Part shown: positions 1 through 14,300 of the stretch, piece after piece | How positions within the stretch are numbered: position 1 is the first letter of the stretch | Layout: each line of letters begins with the position of its first letter | NCBI GenBank assembly: GCA_009914755.4 | Contig: CP068257.2 | Location: 24,256,001 to 24,320,000 of the forward strand | From: the human T2T-CHM13v2.0 reference genome, Homo sapiens | Direction of reading: 5' to 3' | Length of the DNA stretch: 64,000 nt | Program-made: the position numbers and the translations under genes | Notes under the pieces: model-generated | The model's database searches: none | The model's input: only the letters and a program-made list of their open reading frames with translations | Told to the model about the DNA's origin: nothing

Positions 1-2314
1 TAATTTTTGAAAATGGGGGAAAAGCAGAAGTTAAATCCTGGTTGAGAGGTTGGCAAGGATTTGTTCCTGGAATATGTTGGCTTGGCTTACGGGCTTATTG
101 TTTAGCCTATTATGTGTCTTTTTCCATGTGCACTCATTACTTCAGAAATAATAATAAAAGGCTTTAAAAATGAGCATTAATTACCTGGTAGAACAAAACT
201 GCTACTTTGGGGCTTTGTTCCAATTACAAATAAATTATGTTCATGTATCTATGCAGTGAAGCGTTGTAAAAATTATATAATTTTAGTCAAGTGTTCTAGT
301 TACACAGATTGTAATTGGTTCGTCTGCTGAATAAAGAGCTATAGTACATAATTTTAAAAATGCTTCTTAGCAACTAACAGAATTTATAACCTACGAACTC
401 TTCCTTTTCTATAAATTGCTATATGATTCTTAACACTAATTGTTCTGATGAATTTCATTATTCAAATAATAATTTGAAGCTTAAAACAAAATGCAGAGTC
501 ATTTAAAAACCAAAAACATAAGTAAAAAATGTAAATGTCAGTGTCCATGCTATAACATTTAATTATCAAACATCAGAATTTTAGGATGAAAAGGGCTTTT
601 GAAGTCATCTTCTCTACCGTGTTCCCACCCAGGGGCAGATTGTCAGTTCCTGTTTGAACATAGAGGAATGTATCAATTTCCCTCCATTTTTTGATAGATT
701 TGCCTGCCCAAACTGTCCTTTTTTTACATGAAGCCAGAATCAGCTTCCCTGTAACTTCCATCCTTTGAGCCTGATTCAACACAGAGCAAGCCTAATCCTC
801 CCTTCCACATTAAAACCTTGAACAGGTATCACGACCCTAAGGAGAGGCATGTTCCTGCTGGTTCTTGTCTTACTTGGGCTACACATTCCCAATTCCTTTG
901 GCTCCCAGGGGAATTCACTTCCTGCTCTTGGCCTAATCACTCTTTCAATCTTGTCTACGAGATTCTGGGAAACTTGTGACACATCTTGCTGACACTGAAA
1001 AGCACAATGTCCACAGCATATGATGTGCCAGTCTAAGAGCACAGCCTATACAAGGAGAAGGTAAGGATAATCTGACAAAACCTAGGAAATCCACGCTGGT
1101 TGTGACCTAGCACCATTTCCTCATCCAATTGTTCAAAAAGCTTCCACTTGATAACCTATTTGAAAAGAGACCCACAATCAATGTCACTCTATACCTGGCT
1201 TACAGATTGTGAAGCTATCTTCTCTCCTTTTTGCTATTCAGAACTTCATTTTCCTATCCCTACCTTCCCAGCTTTCCACAAAGACCACAGGCAATGGTGC
1301 TACTTCCCCTTCAAGTTCTCTTAGCCTGCAGTTGGTCTGGGTCATAAGAACTTGGACTTGGGTAGCAAGATGTCATAGTTTAAAATATATCCACAAATTT
1401 GCTGATACTCCTTCCTTCAAGAGGGAGAACTTGATTCCCTTCCTTCGAATGTGGTCGGGATGTAGTGACTTGCTCTAGTGAACAGAGCATGATAGAAGTG
1501 ATGGTGTATGACTTCTGAGACTGGGCCAAAAAAGGCACTAAAACTTCCTTAATCTCTTTCCTGGACCTCTTGGTGCAGGGGTGCGAGATGCCATGTTGTA
1601 GGGACGCTCAAGCAGCATTACAGAGTTCACATGGTAAGATACTGAGGTCTCTTAGTAACAGTGACGTGAGTGAGCCACGTTGGAAACAGACCCACCAGGT
1701 CCAATCAAACCTTCAGATGACTTTAGCTCAGGCAGTGTCTTAACTGCAACCACATGACGGACACTGTGCCAGAACCATCCAGCTAAACCACATCCCAAAT
1801 CCTGACCTATAAAAACTGTAAGAAACTAATGCTTGTTGTTTTAAGCTGCTAAATTCTCGCGTTATTTGCTACGTAGCAATAGGTAACTAATGGGCTAGGG
1901 CTTTCTTTTCTCATGTTGATCTATCTCGGGCTTTAATTTCCTTTCATCAGAAGTTCATTCTCTTTAATATAGACATAAAAGGCACAATGGAAGTGGGACA
2001 GTTTCCCTTTCTCATTCTTTAACTCTGGTCCTCTCAATGACCTAACCCTCAACCCCCAACTTCTTGCTACGAGACCCACAGAGTTCTCTATTCTTATTTA
2101 TTTTCTTACTTTAATATTGTTAAGTATTTTTTGGTTAAGTTTCAACTCATTCTGCTGAAACGAACCTTTCTGACACTTATTTTTATAGGGTAGTGATGCT
2201 AAAACTCTCTTAATTCTCACTGGCTGTATATTTTAATCTTTCTATAGCCCTTTTAAATCTGAGATCCTTATATAACCAGTGATTTCTTTAGAGCTCACTC
2301 CTTTTCTGTTATTA

Positions 2315-2677
<363 letters not shown>

Positions 2678-2795
2678 TTAGAACTATATTTCTGAGATTT
2701 TTAAGAAAACTTTCTTGAACAGTTTGAAGAGTCTTCCCTTTTAGATTTTGGAGCCAAATATTTATACTGAAAAATAAAAGTAAAGAATGAGCTCT

Positions 2796-3395
<600 letters not shown>

Positions 3396-5056
3396 AAAAC
3401 CAAGAGCTCTCCACTAAAAACTTTACAAGCCCACACTACTTTTGAAATGATACTGTGAATACTTTTGGTGGTCCAAAAAAAAAAATTCATATTATCAAGT
3501 CAGCATGACAGATAAATTCATGTTTACAGCTCAATAGTTTGAGAAGCTCTTGGCAGAAGAGCTCTTGCTATAATAGTTCATGTTTGTTTAGCATGAATAG
3601 TCATCTAGGGAAGACTTTTTACATTAAGCAAATCTTACTAAAAGAAAAAATCAGTAAGCTGGCACATAGGGAAATATTCATAATAAGGTGATAATGCATG
3701 TAATAAAATGTGATGAGTAGTTTCAAATAAATGGCAGGGACCTTGGTTTGCAGGCTTACTTAGAGGTCTTTCTTGAGTTGTGCTGATTTCACCCTAAGCC
3801 CTGGTGACTCCAGCTCTCTCTTCCTGTAAGTCATGATGAGTGGACAGAGCCTTTTGTTCATGTGGGGGCTAAGGGAGGTATGTCCTTCATGACACCTCTT
3901 GCATGGCTCGGGGTCAAGGACCTGGTTTCCCTTTATTTGGACTGCAGAAGGGTGGTGATGAATTGTAACAGAAAGGGTAGCTTTCTACCCTATGTGAAGA
4001 GCTCGCTAATGTGTTTTTCTTTTTTATTCTGGTCAAACTGTATAATTAGTCCTTCAGAGTCTATTTTTTCTTTGGAAGTAAGCCAGGAGGAGGAGCTATA
4101 ATGGCCACTATGCCCCCAAATCACCACTGTTATTACAATGGTCCCTACTTGACACTGCATGCTGGAAGCTACCATATTCTGTTTTTTTAGATATGAGAGT
4201 TAAGGAGAAGCCATTTTCCTCAGTCATGATTATAAAGCACTGGGTGGGGGAAAAACAAAAACCTTTTTTTAACTTGTTTCTGAGGACAACAGTGATTATT
4301 CAAAAACAATGCCATCACTTGAACGGCATGACAATCTTGGGAAGGCTTTCTAAGTTTGGAAAGGCTAAAGATATAATTCGGCACATTAGACTCAAGTGGG
4401 TGGTCTCTAAAATGTGAAGAAGAACCAAAGCTATGCTACAAAACACGGGGAAATTAGCCCAAATGTTTGATAAACTTACTACAAGCACAAAAACAGAACA
4501 CACGCATGGCTTAATACATGTGCAGTAAATACTGCTATTCATAGACAAACCTTAACTAGAATCTTCCTCACTTCATATCTGAGCATTCTTTCTCAACTTT
4601 AGCCATCTTACTGGGCAACCCAAGCCTACGCTGTGTATGAAAGGAAGCTTGGCTTAGGCCACCCTCTCTTCTGAATAGAATTGTTCCCTTCTTCTTTGCC
4701 AATCCAGGTGCCTCAAATCTTTCATAACCTCTCTGGAAGCCCATCTCCAGTAAGTTCTCTACTTAACATGCCCCTGGGTTAGTACTCCATCTCCTCCCAT
4801 CACAGAACATTCTTGTTAGCACTTAATGTTGCTTTGTATTTCCTTGTCTTCCAAATTCCATCTCATGTTTCCAAATATGCAAAATTCCTTCTATTATACC
4901 TCAAGCTCCTGAGAGCAGGGACCCTACCGTTTAATTTCTTTCAAACCTAGAAAGAATTTAGTGGATTGATCTTTGTGAAATCCCCAAGTGACATCATATT
5001 CTTACTGTTATGAGAAAGGTTTTGGATGGTTTTCTCCCACCAGTGTAATACCATTA

Positions 5057-5511
<455 letters not shown>

Positions 5512-7039
5512 TCACCTGTTCCTGGATGTTTCAATAGTAACATATAGGCTCTCCTGGCCCAATGTAGAAATTTGATAAAATTGAATGAGTCGAATGAGCG
5601 CTTTCTAAGTTACATTTTATGCTTGTAGATGAAGAGCATGTCTTTTAAAGAGAAGCACCATGAAAAAAGTCCCAAGGCAAATGACCAACCTGAGCTGGCT
5701 GTGGTTGCAATTAGAACTGAACTGACCCTCAGCCCGAGGCCTTACAAGTTGGCTGAGCAGAACAGGAATGTCAACTCCTGGCTCCTTGAGATTCCCTTAC
5801 ATGACATTGACAATAAGGAGGACATTAGAAGAACTGAAACTGTCTCTGACTCACTATAATTTAAGTTCCCCTTAAAAGCCTACAGACAGAAATTCATAAA
5901 TCAACGAGACCAGCTGTCAAGACGTGTCACACTACTGTCTCTGCTGCCACTGTTAATCACAGCATAAAGGCATGAAGATGCCACAGGCAGACTCTCAGTC
6001 TTCATCAGTGACCGTGCTTGGAGGCAGTCATGGCTCAAGCCTGTGGTGGAAGTGTGAGGGACAGGGTGGGTCTCCTGGCTCTGCTGCTGACTGTATCTGA
6101 ACCAGGCAGCAAAGGTTGACCTCTGTGTATTAATATCTTCAAAGAAAGTTAATTCCCTGTTCTTTGACTATCGCCTGGGGACATTATGAGGATAAAGAAG
6201 AAAATAAATATGGAAAAGTATGTGTTATTTGGGATTAAAATCTCCCTGGAATACACAAATTTGTCAATTCAATAACTTTCTTCCTCTTTTTGATTCACTG
6301 AAAGCACTGGCTACTATCAGTTGGGTGAGGTTGTTCATAGAGTAGACACCAGGCACATATATGCTTCTGCTGTGCTATGACATTATTCATAAAATAAAAA
6401 TGTGTTTCTTCTTAATGTTTGTGAAACTGTAAAAAAAGAAGTGTCTATTTCAGTGTTAATGGGATTTTTAAGTAATACATAAAAAAAGGGCTTATGTGCA
6501 AAATTATGCATCCACATCTGTTGTGTTACTTTAGCCACTCATTGAGAATAAGTACATACAACCCACAAAACAGAAGATGTATTTTGGGCTCTGGAAAGAA
6601 ACCAATTCTGGTATTTTCAGGAAATCATGTCTACTTCAGTAACTGATTGAAGTTTGAGCCCAGTTCAGTTAGAAAATTACCCATCTGGACACCAAACAAG
6701 AAAGGAGAGATGTTCACACTGGTATCCAAGTCATCACCTGAGAGTCTACATCTATCTGGGCTTCTGTTTTTAAGGACAGGCTGTATATAATCGTCTCTGT
6801 TTTTGTTTTGTTTTGTTTGTTTTAAAGAAAAAAGAAAAAAAAAAACCCAAATTTGGAAGGGCTCTCTTTTAGGTTTCAAAGGGAAAGCTCAGAAACAAAA
6901 AAAATCATTTCACTCGGAACTTGGGAAATGAAGAGTAAGGAATAGTCAAGGGGAATTTTTAAAAGTTTGGTTTCTAAGGTCACTTCAAATTCTACTCTGC
7001 AGTAAGTACAATTGAGAGAGGCTTAAAATGCAGAAAGGA

Positions 7040-7440
7040 GACAACGTCTGCTCGAGCTTAGGCCCAAGATGCGGAGAGGCACAAGTCAAGCGGTTCTGAT
7101 ACCTGGTCGAGTGGTCAGTCCTCGGTCGGCAGCAGGGCGGGCATCAACAGGCTCAACTGGGCACAGGAAGCAAGGGACACAGAAAGCAAACAAGACAAAT
7201 CAAGATGGTAAGTCGTGGCTCCCAAACATAGTCGAGCAGGGAAAAAAGCATATGCAATAAACAAGTTACAAAAAAGGAGCAGCCAGAAAAGAACCACAGT
7301 GAGTTAATCCCGAGCATCGAGGACCAGGAGGGGCACCACTTTAAATGGCTTATCGCTATTGATGTGCCAGTCCTGCTCCTTAGTTTTCTAATAAAAGCCC
7401 TCACCAGGATACGCAGCAACATCAAAGAAGAGGGGTGGGG
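7040..7440. repeat. CpG-retaining LTR-like segment (possible solo LTR; AATAAA at about 7391)
   Basis: ctcgagcttaggcccaagatgcggagaggcacaagtcaagcggttctgatacctggtcgagtggtcagtcctcggtcggcagcagggcgggcatc ... ttttctaataaaagccctcacc; it is neither Alu, L1 nor MIR; orientation and family are unresolved. Confidence 0.3.
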
Positions 7441-8394
7441 AGGGTGGATTTCCCTCTGAGCTAGTTTAGAGATAGTTTCTTGGCTTTTGATTAGAAATAA
7501 AATATTCCCAGCCTAGCAGAAAACCTTAAAGATACTTCCTTTTACAACTGCCCAATCTTATCTTATTTTACAGTTAATTAACTACAAAAGGACTCTGTTA
7601 AATTTCCAGGGGAAGTGCAAATATGAATTTATCAGGAGAGCAAAGTTTTACTATATAATCTGCCATTTAGTGAGTGAATCAAATTTGTCCTTAGTATGAG
7701 GGCAGAAGAGGGAAACCGCAGTCTTTTTCTCACTTTTTCAAAAAGGCTGGCTTCCATTTGACAGATGACATACAGCTGAAACGTGTGAAATGAGGATATT
7801 TCATTTTATATTTGCCATTGTTCACAATTTTCCCTTTTTATGTGTTCTGGGTCCGACCCAAAGAAAGCAGTGTGGACAGCATGATATTCCTCACCATCAT
7901 CTGACCTTTCCAAAGCACTTCTGATGCTCAGAAAATACTTCCTTGTTTTACGCTGGCGTTTGAAGAAACAAGGAATGGGGACAAAAGTGAAGTTTTTAGG
8001 ATTAATAATGGTCATAGGGTAAATGAAGCCACGGAGTGGAGGTGCAGGGGGAAGCTGCTTTGGTAAGGTGGCAAGTGTAAAGGGAAAAAGGTAAGACAAA
8101 GTGAGCACAGGTGCTGAAGGAGACACGGTGTGCTCGATGAAATGGCTTCTAACAATTTCAGCAAAACCATCCAGCTTACTGATGCACACAGGCCAGGCAT
8201 TCAAAGGTGGGATTCTCAGTCCAAATCGATTTTGGATGCCACATGTTAATAGAAACAGTGAGGGAGAAAAAAAGTGGCAGTAAGCCAAGTCTCCAAAATA
8301 TAAGAAAATATTTCCGGGAGCACTAGGATATTTGGATGAAATAAAAATTTGGTCCTTTCTCATGTAGAGACTGGCAGCATGGTGGAGTCAAAAG

Positions 8395-8545
8395 GAGGGT
8401 GAGGCATCTAATCCCAGGCCTGGGCCCAACATTTACAATGTCTGTGGCCTTGGGCATGCGCCCACTTCTGTGGCTGTTTCTCCATATGGAAACAGAAATG
8501 TTAACATCTGCATCTTCTAATTATGGTGAGGAACAAATAAGTAAC
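8395..8545 (+). repeat. MIR-like SINE fragment
   Basis: similar to MIR core: cctgggc..tgtggccttgggca..cttctgtggctgtttctccatatggaaa. Confidence 0.35.
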
Positions 8546-10879
8546 CTTTAAAGCCTGTTTGAGACCCTACCAGATACTACAGAACTGCACTGATTAAATA
8601 TCCTATGATTAAATATTCCATAGTAACTACTGATGCGAGAGTGACTATTCTCTAGTATTTCACTAGTGCATTAGAGGAAGACATAGTTCACTTCCTTCTG
8701 CAACTCCCAAATACATTTCGACAATGAGGTTTGGTTTTTCTATACTTCATTTTTTTTCCTATTTGCAGCAACCTGTAATGAGTAACTGTATTACTCCTTG
8801 TAAAATGCAGTTAGTTGAAAGGTCATTGTACTTTGTGAGAATTTCCTGATGATGAGGGACCCAATAGTGCTTCAACTGCAGTTAAGAACACAACAGACCA
8901 CATGCACGAGGGCAAACGCGTACCTTGAAGTGGTGGTGAGCACATACATCAATAGTTACGTTATTAGAAAATGTATATGCAACTCGGGGCAGTAAGTTAA
9001 GTGTACCTGTGGTTTAAATGCAGGCTGAGGAGCTGGTAGTCCCACGGGCCACTGCTAATGTCACCACTTACTTTCTCTGTGATCTGGGGCTAATCACATT
9101 CTTTCTGAACTTCAGTTGTGTCACAAAGTAAATGGTTTTTCCAGGGTTCAAATGCGTATACTTATGTGAAAGAAACTTACAAATGATATTGTCCTATAAG
9201 TTTCTCTGCCTCTCCCCGCTCTTCTTCTTCTTCTTCTATTTTTTTAAATAGGCATGTATTATTTAAAAACAATAATAAAACCCTAACCCTATTTTTTAGG
9301 AAGATTAAACAAAACTAGTTTCAGTGACATAAACCCTAATCTGCTTTAAAAGATTGAAGCTGATTTAGTATAAATTAATGCTCAAAAAATAAGTAGCTCA
9401 GGGAGCAGACATTAAAAGTTTTTTAAAAGGCAATTATGATATCATTGCCGAAAAAAAAGAATACACACCAACAAAACAAAGTAGTGTGTTATTTCCCAAT
9501 CCACTGCAAATACTTTCCAATTTTTCCAATTGACCTTTACTTAACCAGACAGTAACTTCATCAATGAAGTGCTAAAAAACATCTTACATTGGCTGTTTAG
9601 TAATTTAAAAACAAGAAATACATTATCTTAGCTTTAACTTTTAATAGAGTTAAAATAAAATGTAAGCAGAAATGAGTTATTCTCTTGCTCTCAGTAGCTT
9701 TGAATCAAATCCTTTGCTGTAAGAGGAGAGAAACAGAATGGTCAGACCTCTGGGATTTTTGAGTCTGTTACTTCTGGTATTCTTTGTAATAAACCTCAAC
9801 TATTAACCGTGCTGCCTTGTACAAACTCTCTACCAGGCCAAAGGTAATGAGGAATCAGCAGTACACCAGTTTTACATATAGATAAGAGGCTGACAAGAAC
9901 TGGTTTGTAAGTTTAATGAAATATTTATTTAATCTAAATTTCAACATTTAAATTGGCTTCCTCATTGCCTCTATAAAGCTAGTTAAAAATATACTAGAAG
10001 GCAGCTTCACATTTTGCAAATACATCCATACAAGTCTTATAAGACCTGCTTTGTCTCTTTAAAAATATTATTTTATCTACATATTATATCTAGGTATTAT
10101 CTACAAAGAGGCAGACTGTTGGCCACAAAGACTTGCTGGCAGTCACTGCATGCTATGCTGCTCTTTGTGGCTGCCCTTCTCAGGCAGTCAGGAAAAAGTA
10201 GAACAAACACAAATGTCATCAACGCTAATGCTTCCAGCCAGATCATTTCACGATCTGTGAGCACAATTCTGTAACAACAGCTTCATTTCAGCCTAGCCAT
10301 TCATTTAGGTTTTGTGGATGTGAAAACCAAAGAATAAAAAATTGTTAAGGCAAATCACAGCACATTGGAAAACTCTGATATGCTTATTTTCTTCAATGTA
10401 AATTTAAAAAATGGGCATCAGAACCTCCTCTGGATTTCACTGATTGTTCTTAAGAAAAACAACAAATTTTTGGTAAGCATTTGAAACTATGATAATGAGG
10501 ACTGCATGAAGAACAAAAGGAAATCCTTTGAGAATTTTAGATATTTTCAGTAGTTGGGTGTATGTGTGTGTGTGTGCACATGTCTGTACAAAGAAAGACT
10601 AACAAGTTTCTGGGGAGAGGTGGGAGACGGTGTTAGAAGAGAGACGGCTTTAGGACTGTATCTCATTATATGGCTTATTATATTCATTATTTTAAGGATA
10701 CATTGTTGAGGCCATAAGGTGATTCATCTTGAGACAGGCTGATAAAGTCTCTCTAATAAGATCCTGGCTCCATTAAAAAAAAAAAAAGCTACCACTGACA
10801 TTTACTACGTTCCAGGAATTTTGCTAAGAGCTTTTTTATGCCTTCTTATTTAATGCTCATACTATACCTCTGAGTTAGG

Positions 10880-10985
10880 AATTATTGTCAACCTTATTTT
10901 ACAGACGAGGAAGCAGCCAGAGAGGCTAAGTAACTTGCTCAGAAGCACATAGCAGGGCTGGAATTTAAACTCGGGTCTGTATCAT
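10880..10985 (-). repeat. MIR SINE fragment
   Basis: ttattttacagacgaggaagcagccagagaggctaagtaacttgctcagaagcacatagcagggctggaatttaaactcgggtct matches the reverse complement of the MIR core. Confidence 0.5.
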
Positions 10986-11063
10986 TCAGGAGTTCAGGGG
11001 TATGGGGTAGTATTTAATATCCTATGAGATGATGGCCGTCTATTTTATTTAAAAACCAATTGG

Positions 11064-11371
<308 letters not shown>

Positions 11372-12211
11372 TTGCTTAAGTGGCTTTTTAAATTGTTTGC
11401 TATAATCAATATATATATGTCAATGTTGGGACTGATAATGAAGAGTACTGCAACTCAAGACTCTGACACTGCAAGTTCTATTGCCTCCCAAAATTGTTAT
11501 ACCAGATTCTACTGTTCAAACAGAATCATCCAACAAGAATATCAGCTCTTTTCATGAGACCTAGGCAATGTAATAGCTGCGTGTTTGTCAAGTATCCAGA
11601 AGTACTTAATCAAGGTCTTTGCTCAAATGGACATCTTGGCAATACCCAAGGGTTTCACAGTGTATGTGTGTGTGTGTACATTCACACGTGTGCACGCAGA
11701 TTTTCTCCTAAGGCTGATGCAACAAGGTATGCTGTTAGTAAAAGAGCAAATTTAGCGTGCATTCAATTTACAAAATGAGATCGGACATTTTTCACTAAAA
11801 ATTCTCATTAGAGACTGAATGAAGAGGACCTTCAATGACCAAAATCTATCTACCTGTAAAGAAACAAAACAATCTGCACTCAATACATTTAACAGGACAG
11901 TTTTCCAGGTCTTTGATAATGAACTGTCCCTAAAATTGTTTTCTTCTATGTGATTAAGAATTATTTTCATAAATGGTAAAGTTTTAATTATTTTTACATT
12001 GTCAGTAACATGCTGTTTGCTATTACTGTAAGGTGCCCTTTTTCAAATTAAGGAAACAAATTTGGGGTGATGATTCACATTGTGAAAATAGTCTATATAT
12101 TTTCTGCAATGGTTCTTTAGAAAAAACTTGTCCAGTACACTTAAGGTCTAATATTATATTTAGATTTAGTACTAATTGCATGTTATAAGGTATATATATT
12201 TTTTACTTTAT

Positions 12212-12511
<300 letters not shown>

Positions 12512-13822
12512 TATAAGGTATATTATAAATATGAAATCTCCATCAACATTTGCTGCTTTGATAAAGAAAATCAGGTAAAGTGCTGTTGTGTTCTTAAAAA
12601 ACATGTTATTTGTATCTAGAAATCAAGGTGTTTGTGTGTAATTGTATACTTCTGAACATGTAGAAAAAGATAAAAGAAGCTGAAAGATATTCTTGCCTGA
12701 ACAGGTGTTTCTGCTAAGAAATCCCTGTGAAAAAGGATGCCATCTACTGCTCAAATTTGTTGATAGAGAAGAATCTTACTTCTCTGAGGTACCAAAGGAA
12801 AAAACATTTAGAGCAATGTGCTCCTTAATTTTGGCAGCTGCCTTAAATTTAATTTTCTAAACACAAATTAAGTCTTAAGCAAAATTAAATTTTATTTATA
12901 TGTAGTTCTCTATCTTTGCCTTTAACATTTAATTCAATCTGAAATTTCATGTAAGAATAAGTAGCCAGTGAAGACTACTTTGGTGCCTGTCAAATCTGCA
13001 TCTCTGCAGGCCCTCAAAACTCCTCTCTGTTGGTAAACTGTAATTTTTCCTTATTTCACTATCTATCTGCTTTTTTGGAAGGTGGCATTCTAGGTCATTA
13101 CGTCATAAACACAAGTTGAATTTTGTGCTTCCATTCCAGAGGGAACAATATACCTCACAGTTAAAAAACATTTCTAAAAAATTCCTACCAAAAGTCATCA
13201 CTTAAGAACTTAGTCTCCTGGTGCCTCCATTTCCTCATTTGAAAAAGTCATAAACATAATAATATGATATACAGTACATGCTCTTTATGTATCCACTTTT
13301 GTTATATAATGTACCATTTTATATTAAGAAGAGGAACTGGAAAATAAAAATTAGAAGAATGTTATTGCCACACATTTTCCTTGTGAAGAACTGCCTCTTC
13401 AATAATACACTGTGGCTCCCCTTCGTCCGGGAGTGTTCACTCGAAGGATAATATTCCCTAGAATGCAAACCTGGACATGTGCGAAACAAGAGGCCCTTTA
13501 CCTGCAAATGTTATGTAAATCATTACCATTTTGTTTTGCCACCTATACAATGGAGTTGTTGTCTTTTCCAACAATTGGCAGTTTACATGCTTTGCAGCAT
13601 AAAAAATATAAAGAATAATTTACACAGATATATTATTTTAATGACATAGTAACTCCTAGTATTTACTTTTTAAAGTAAAATTATAATGAAAATATTTATG
13701 ACTACATCAAAAAAAATTCACCACTCAAGAACATACAAAAGATAACTCTCTCTCTTGCACACACGTTATGTATGTGTATATATACCTCCCAGAACGCCCT
13801 TGCTGGCTCAGGGGACTCTTAC

Positions 13823-14063
13823 CTTCGTTTTCTGTGTTGGCTGGCACAGAGTCAGCCCCAAAAGAATGCCACGGCTGGAGATCGTCCAGGCTGAACTCTC
13901 CATTCACGGGAAGGAGCTCCACGGTGGTTTTCGTTTCGGTCAAAGATGGCATGAGAGCATCGTTTCCGTAACTGATCCTTGGTTCACTAATCATGTTGGC
14001 CAAGACGTCATCTGAATAGTTTTGCTCTTTCTGAAGCAGCTCATCTAAACCAAACAAAACCAT
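13823..14063 (-). CDS. coding exon (80 codons plus 1 nt, ends in phase 1 at a GTAAGAGT donor); contains an ATG, an LDELL (LxxLL-like) motif and an acidic tail; gene unidentified
   Basis: the only open minus-strand frame: [80 protein letters not shown]|gtaagagt. An in-frame TGA lies 8 codons upstream of the ATG. A possible acceptor AG at 14066-14067 would make it an internal exon instead. Confidence 0.6.
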
Positions 14064-14090
14064 CTCTTTGGTGAGTAACAACAATCACAA

Positions 14091-14108
14091 CAGCAGCAGC
14101 AGCAGCAG
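14091..14108. repeat. (CAG)6 microsatellite, preceded by a CAA-rich stretch; reads (CTG)n on the gene strand, 28 nt upstream of the exon's ATG
   Basis: cagcagcagcagcagcag at 14091-14108. Confidence 0.9.
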
Positions 14109-14189
14109 CCACCATTTACTTCTGCCAGGCAAGACTTCAACTGCTTTCACGTGCATGATCGCGTTTAGAGCCATGACATAGGTACCATT

Positions 14190-14300
14190 ATCATCTCCCT
14201 TTTACAGATGTGAAAACTGAGGCACATGGCATTCAAGCTACTTATGCAAAGTCGCAGCTCACAAGAGCTGCTGGCAGGACTGCAGGCAGGAGCATGGCAG
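14190..14300 (-). repeat. MIR SINE fragment
   Basis: ccattatcatctcccttttacagatgtgaaaactgaggcacat...caagctacttatgcaaagtcgcagctcacaagagctg matches the reverse complement of the MIR core (ttttacagatgaggaaactgaggcacaga..). Confidence 0.5.

Noticed and set aside
7806-8363. 185-aa minus-strand ORF in non-repeat DNA
   Set aside because: Low-complexity hydrophobic and proline-rich translation, no flanking splice signals, no recognisable domain; an ORF of this length is expected by chance in AT-rich DNA with few stops in that frame.
13755-14015. Plus-strand ORFs (86 and 67 aa) overlapping the minus-strand exon
   Set aside because: They are antisense shadows of the real minus-strand coding exon; no start or splice context on the plus strand.
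14091-14108. CAG repeat as a poly-glutamine coding tract
   Set aside because: On the gene strand it reads CTG and lies upstream of an in-frame TGA, outside the open frame. It is either 5'UTR or intronic and does not encode poly-Q.
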